The position numbers and the translations under genes are program-made. A DNA stretch of 62,948 nt, filler included. It is 5 parts of 5 records of this genome, joined end to end, with 100 filler letters (N's around TTAATTAATTAA, not from the genome) between each part and the next. Parts side by side here need not be neighbours in the genome. Positions count along the whole stretch, not along the records: positions 57,009 to 62,948 come from SRR20825006_373; 4 more parts are not named here. One strand, 5' to 3'. How positions within the stretch are numbered: position 1 is the stretch's first letter; the number at the start of each line of letters is the position of its first letter. The notes under the pieces are model-generated. The model did no database searches and was not told the origin of the DNA. It was given only the letters and a program-made list of their open reading frames with translations. This document shows positions 60,363-62,948 of this stretch, piece by piece.

Positions 60363-62816
60363 CTAGCTCTTTTTACTACGGCGCGCGGCTTTCTTGCCGC
60401 GGGGCGGCCCCTTGCGCTTGGCCTTGGGTTTGGGAATATCGCCCTTGGCCAGCTTTTCCCGCTCGGACGTGCCCGAGTCCGCCTTTGCAGCACTCCCCGA
60501 GCGCCCGCCCTTGCCTCTGCCGGACGGCTTTTTCTTGCTGCCGGCTTTGGGGCGACCTTTACCGCTGGGGGTAAAGGATTCCAGCTGCAGGTCAATCTTG
60601 CGGTCCTCAGTGTGCACCGCCGCCACGCAGACCGTGACAGCATCACCCAAGCCAAACTGACGACCACTGCTTTCACCGGTAAGGGTCAGACTCACTTCAT
60701 CGAAGTGGTAGTAATCGCTGTCCAGATTGGCCACATGCACCAGGCCATCGATGTGCAGGTCATTGAGCTGTACAAATAAACCGAAACTGGCCACGCCACT
60801 GATGGTGCCTTCAAACACCTGCCCCAGATGCGCCTCCATGAACTGACATTTAAGCCAGGACACCACATCGCGGGTAGCTTCATCCGCGCGGCGCTCGGTC
60901 ATGGAGCACTGCTCACCAATCGCCACCATGTCCGCCTGGCTGTAAGGCAGGATTTTCTCGCGTGGGATCTCCGGCAAACTCCCCGGATTATCCACGTGAT
61001 TCGGCTCGCCGTTACTGCGGATCAGGAACCGGATAGCCCGGTGCACCAGCAGATCCGGATAACGACGGATCGGCGAGGTGAAATGGGTGTACGCCTTGTA
61101 GGCCAGACCAAAGTGGCCTTTGTTCTCGGCCTCGTACTTGGCTTGGCTCATGGTGCGCAACATCATTGTCTGGATCACGTTGCGATCCGGACGCTCCAGA
61201 ATCTCTTCGCGCAGGTCCTGGAATACATAAGGCTTTGGTGCCGCCCCTTCCGACCAGGCGATACTCAAGCCCAGCCCACCCAGGAATTGCTGCAACTTGC
61301 TCAGGCGCTCTTCCTTGGGCGGCTCGTGGTTCCGGTAAAGCGCCGGCACACCGGCTTTTTCCAGCAATTTGGCGGAACAGATATTGGCGGCCAGCATGGC
61401 CTCCTCAATCATGATGTGCGCCACATTGCGCTGCACCGGCACAATCGCTTCGATCTTCTTGTTTTCGTCGTAAATGATGCGGGTGTCATCGCTATCGAAG
61501 TCGATGGCACCGCGCTCTTCACGGCGACGGCGCAAGGCCAGGAACATTTCGTGGAACGACCAGATCATGTCCAGAGACTCATCATCCAGGCTGGCCACAG
61601 TCTCTTGCGCCAGTTCGGACTCCGGCTCTTCAATGATCGCGCCGACCTTGTTGTAGGTCAGACGGTGCCGCGAGCGCATCACCCCTTCACGGAAAATAAA
61701 CCGGGTGAGGCGCCCGTTGGCGGAAATCTTCATGTCGCAGTACAGACACAGACGGTCCACATGGGGGTTCAGGGAACATAATCCGTTGGACAGCGCCTCC
61801 GGCAACATCGGGATCACCCGATTGGGGAAATACACGGAATTACCGCGATTGGCCGCTTCCTGATCCAGTTCGGAGCCGGGATGCACATAATGACTCACAT
61901 CGGCGATGGCCACGATCAGGCGCCAGCCCCCACGGGGACGACGCTCTACATAGACCGCATCATCAAAATCCCGGGCGGTCTCATCATCAATGGTGACCAA
62001 CGGCAAATCACGCAGATCCACCCGATGGGCCTTGGGCTTATGGGGCACCTTGTCGCCAAATTTCTCAGCGGCGGCTTCCACTCCTTCCGGCCAGACATGG
62101 GGAATCTCGAAGCGGCGCAGGGCCACCTCAACTTCCATGCCGGCTTCGTCCGGGGTGGCAATAATCTCTTCCAGGCGCACCAGTACATGGTGGTCGCGGC
62201 TGGGGTACTGGGTAATGGTGGCGCGGACATGATCGCCGGGGTTCGGTTTGATGCCGTTCTGGTCCTCAATCAGGACTTCTTTGGTGATGCGGCGATTTTC
62301 CGGCTCGATAAAGCTGATCCCCGCTTCCCGGGAATAGCGGCCCACCACTTCTGTGGCAACACGTTCGGTGATTTCGACAATACGGGCTTCTTTCTTGCCA
62401 AAACGGTTGTAGCCCGCATTGCTGACCAGCACCCGGTCCCCGTCCATGACGTTTTCCATCTGCCGGGGTGCGAGAAACAGGTCACCCTGGGTCTTGTCGT
62501 CTGGAATCAGGAAACCAAAGCCATCTTTGTGGCCCTGCACCCGGCCGGCGATCAGGTCCATTTTGGACACCACACCCACTTTGCCGTTGCGATTCTGAAC
62601 CAGCTGGGCATCACGGAGCATAGCCTTGATGCGGCGATCGAGCCCGACTTCCCCCTCTTCATCCACCTCCAGCAGCTGTGCCAGCAGCTCAAACGACAGG
62701 GGTTTACCCTGATCATTGAGCACATCCAGAATCAGCTCCCGGCTGGGAACGGGGTTCTCGTATTTTTCCGCCTCTCGGTCGGCATGGGGATCGCTATAGC
62801 GTTTTTTTGAGGTCAT
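60363..62816 (-). CDS. rnr: Ribonuclease R
   Basis: HTH and CSD domains, TIDDETARDFDDA, HFTSPIRRYPD, S1 domain, basic tail. Start at 62816 or 62846. Confidence 0.96.
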   Translation of the reverse strand: MTSKKRYSDPHADREAEKYENPVPSRELILDVLNDQGKPLSFELLAQLLEVDEEGEVGLDRRIKAMLRDAQLVQNRNGKVGVVSKMDLIAGRVQGHKDGFGFLIPDDKTQGDLFLAPRQMENVMDGDRVLVSNAGYNRFGKKEARIVEITERVATEVVGRYSREAGISFIEPENRRITKEVLIEDQNGIKPNPGDHVRATITQYPSRDHHVLVRLEEIIATPDEAGMEVEVALRRFEIPHVWPEGVEAAAEKFGDKVPHKPKAHRVDLRDLPLVTIDDETARDFDDAVYVERRPRGGWRLIVAIADVSHYVHPGSELDQEAANRGNSVYFPNRVIPMLPEALSNGLCSLNPHVDRLCLYCDMKISANGRLTRFIFREGVMRSRHRLTYNKVGAIIEEPESELAQETVASLDDESLDMIWSFHEMFLALRRRREERGAIDFDSDDTRIIYDENKKIEAIVPVQRNVAHIMIEEAMLAANICSAKLLEKAGVPALYRNHEPPKEERLSKLQQFLGGLGLSIAWSEGAAPKPYVFQDLREEILERPDRNVIQTMMLRTMSQAKYEAENKGHFGLAYKAYTHFTSPIRRYPDLLVHRAIRFLIRSNGEPNHVDNPGSLPEIPREKILPYSQADMVAIGEQCSMTERRADEATRDVVSWLKCQFMEAHLGQVFEGTISGVASFGLFVQLNDLHIDGLVHVANLDSDYYHFDEVSLTLTGESSGRQFGLGDAVTVCVAAVHTEDRKIDLQLESFTPSGKGRPKAGSKKKPSGRGKGGRSGSAAKADSGTSEREKLAKGDIPKPKAKRKGPPRGKKAARRSKKS

Positions 62817-62839
62817 CGAAGATTTTTTCGAAAAGGAAT

Positions 62840-62867
62840 TTGACATTGGCCCATCATATACTAGAAT
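62840..62867 (+). promoter_or_regulatory. Sigma70 stable-RNA promoter for tRNA
   Basis: TTGACA-N16-TAGAAT followed by the GC-rich discriminator GCACCCGC. Confidence 0.75.
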
Positions 62868-62918
62868 GCACCCGCTTTCGCGATGAACGGCTAATAAATT
62901 TAGCCCACGCATAGCGAA

Positions 62919-62948
62919 GCCGAGGTGGTGAAATTGGTAGACACGCTA
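62919..62948 (+). tRNA. tRNA-Leu, 5' end only (truncated)
   Basis: GCCGAGGTGGTGAAATTGGTAGACACGCTA is the acceptor strand and D-arm typical of Leu tRNAs; divergent from rnr. The anticodon is not visible. Confidence 0.8.

Overview
The window is not one locus. It is five unrelated bacterial contig fragments joined by 100-nt artificial spacers (N runs around TTAATTAATTAA) at 17055-17154, 36252-36351, 49107-49206 and 56909-57008. Taxon labels are inferred from gene content and order only. (1) 1-17054, alphaproteobacterial (Hyphomonadaceae-like): cobS, amidohydrolase, rpmB, DUF3108-like, rluD, phoD, atypical SDR, DUF465, GGDEF, purEK, creatininase-family, GldA/F/G-type ABC plus DUF4340, DUF1223, acnA. 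(2) 17155-36251, Myxococcota/Bradymonadia-like: Ser/Thr kinase, two orphan lipoproteins, a coupled three-gene cassette (heme lipoprotein, Tat DUF1501-like, DUF1588/1585-like), rluD, a RomX-like protein, a MinD/FlhG-J-like-HTH fusion, an FHA-repeat-coiled-coil protein, EEP, histidine kinase, and PEGA and kelch proteins. (3) 36352-49106, Hyphomicrobiales (Devosia-like): valS, CorA/ZntB, ABC exporter, exoR-like, xth, serine hydrolase, erpA, dgt, argS, probable SPOR gene. (4) 49207-56908, Rhodobacteraceae: desuccinylase, divergent polysaccharide deacetylase, trpGDC-moaC-moeA, lexA with SOS box. (5) 57009-62948, gammaproteobacterial (Alcanivorax-like): rpsR-priB-rpsF with S6:S18 leader, two paralogous secreted orphans, rlmB, rnr, 5' end of tRNA-Leu. 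No CRISPR array, transposase or prophage gene was seen. The best leads are the heme/Tat cassette and the candidate polarity module in contig 2, the secreted paralog pair in contig 5, and a possible uORF attenuator in contig 3.
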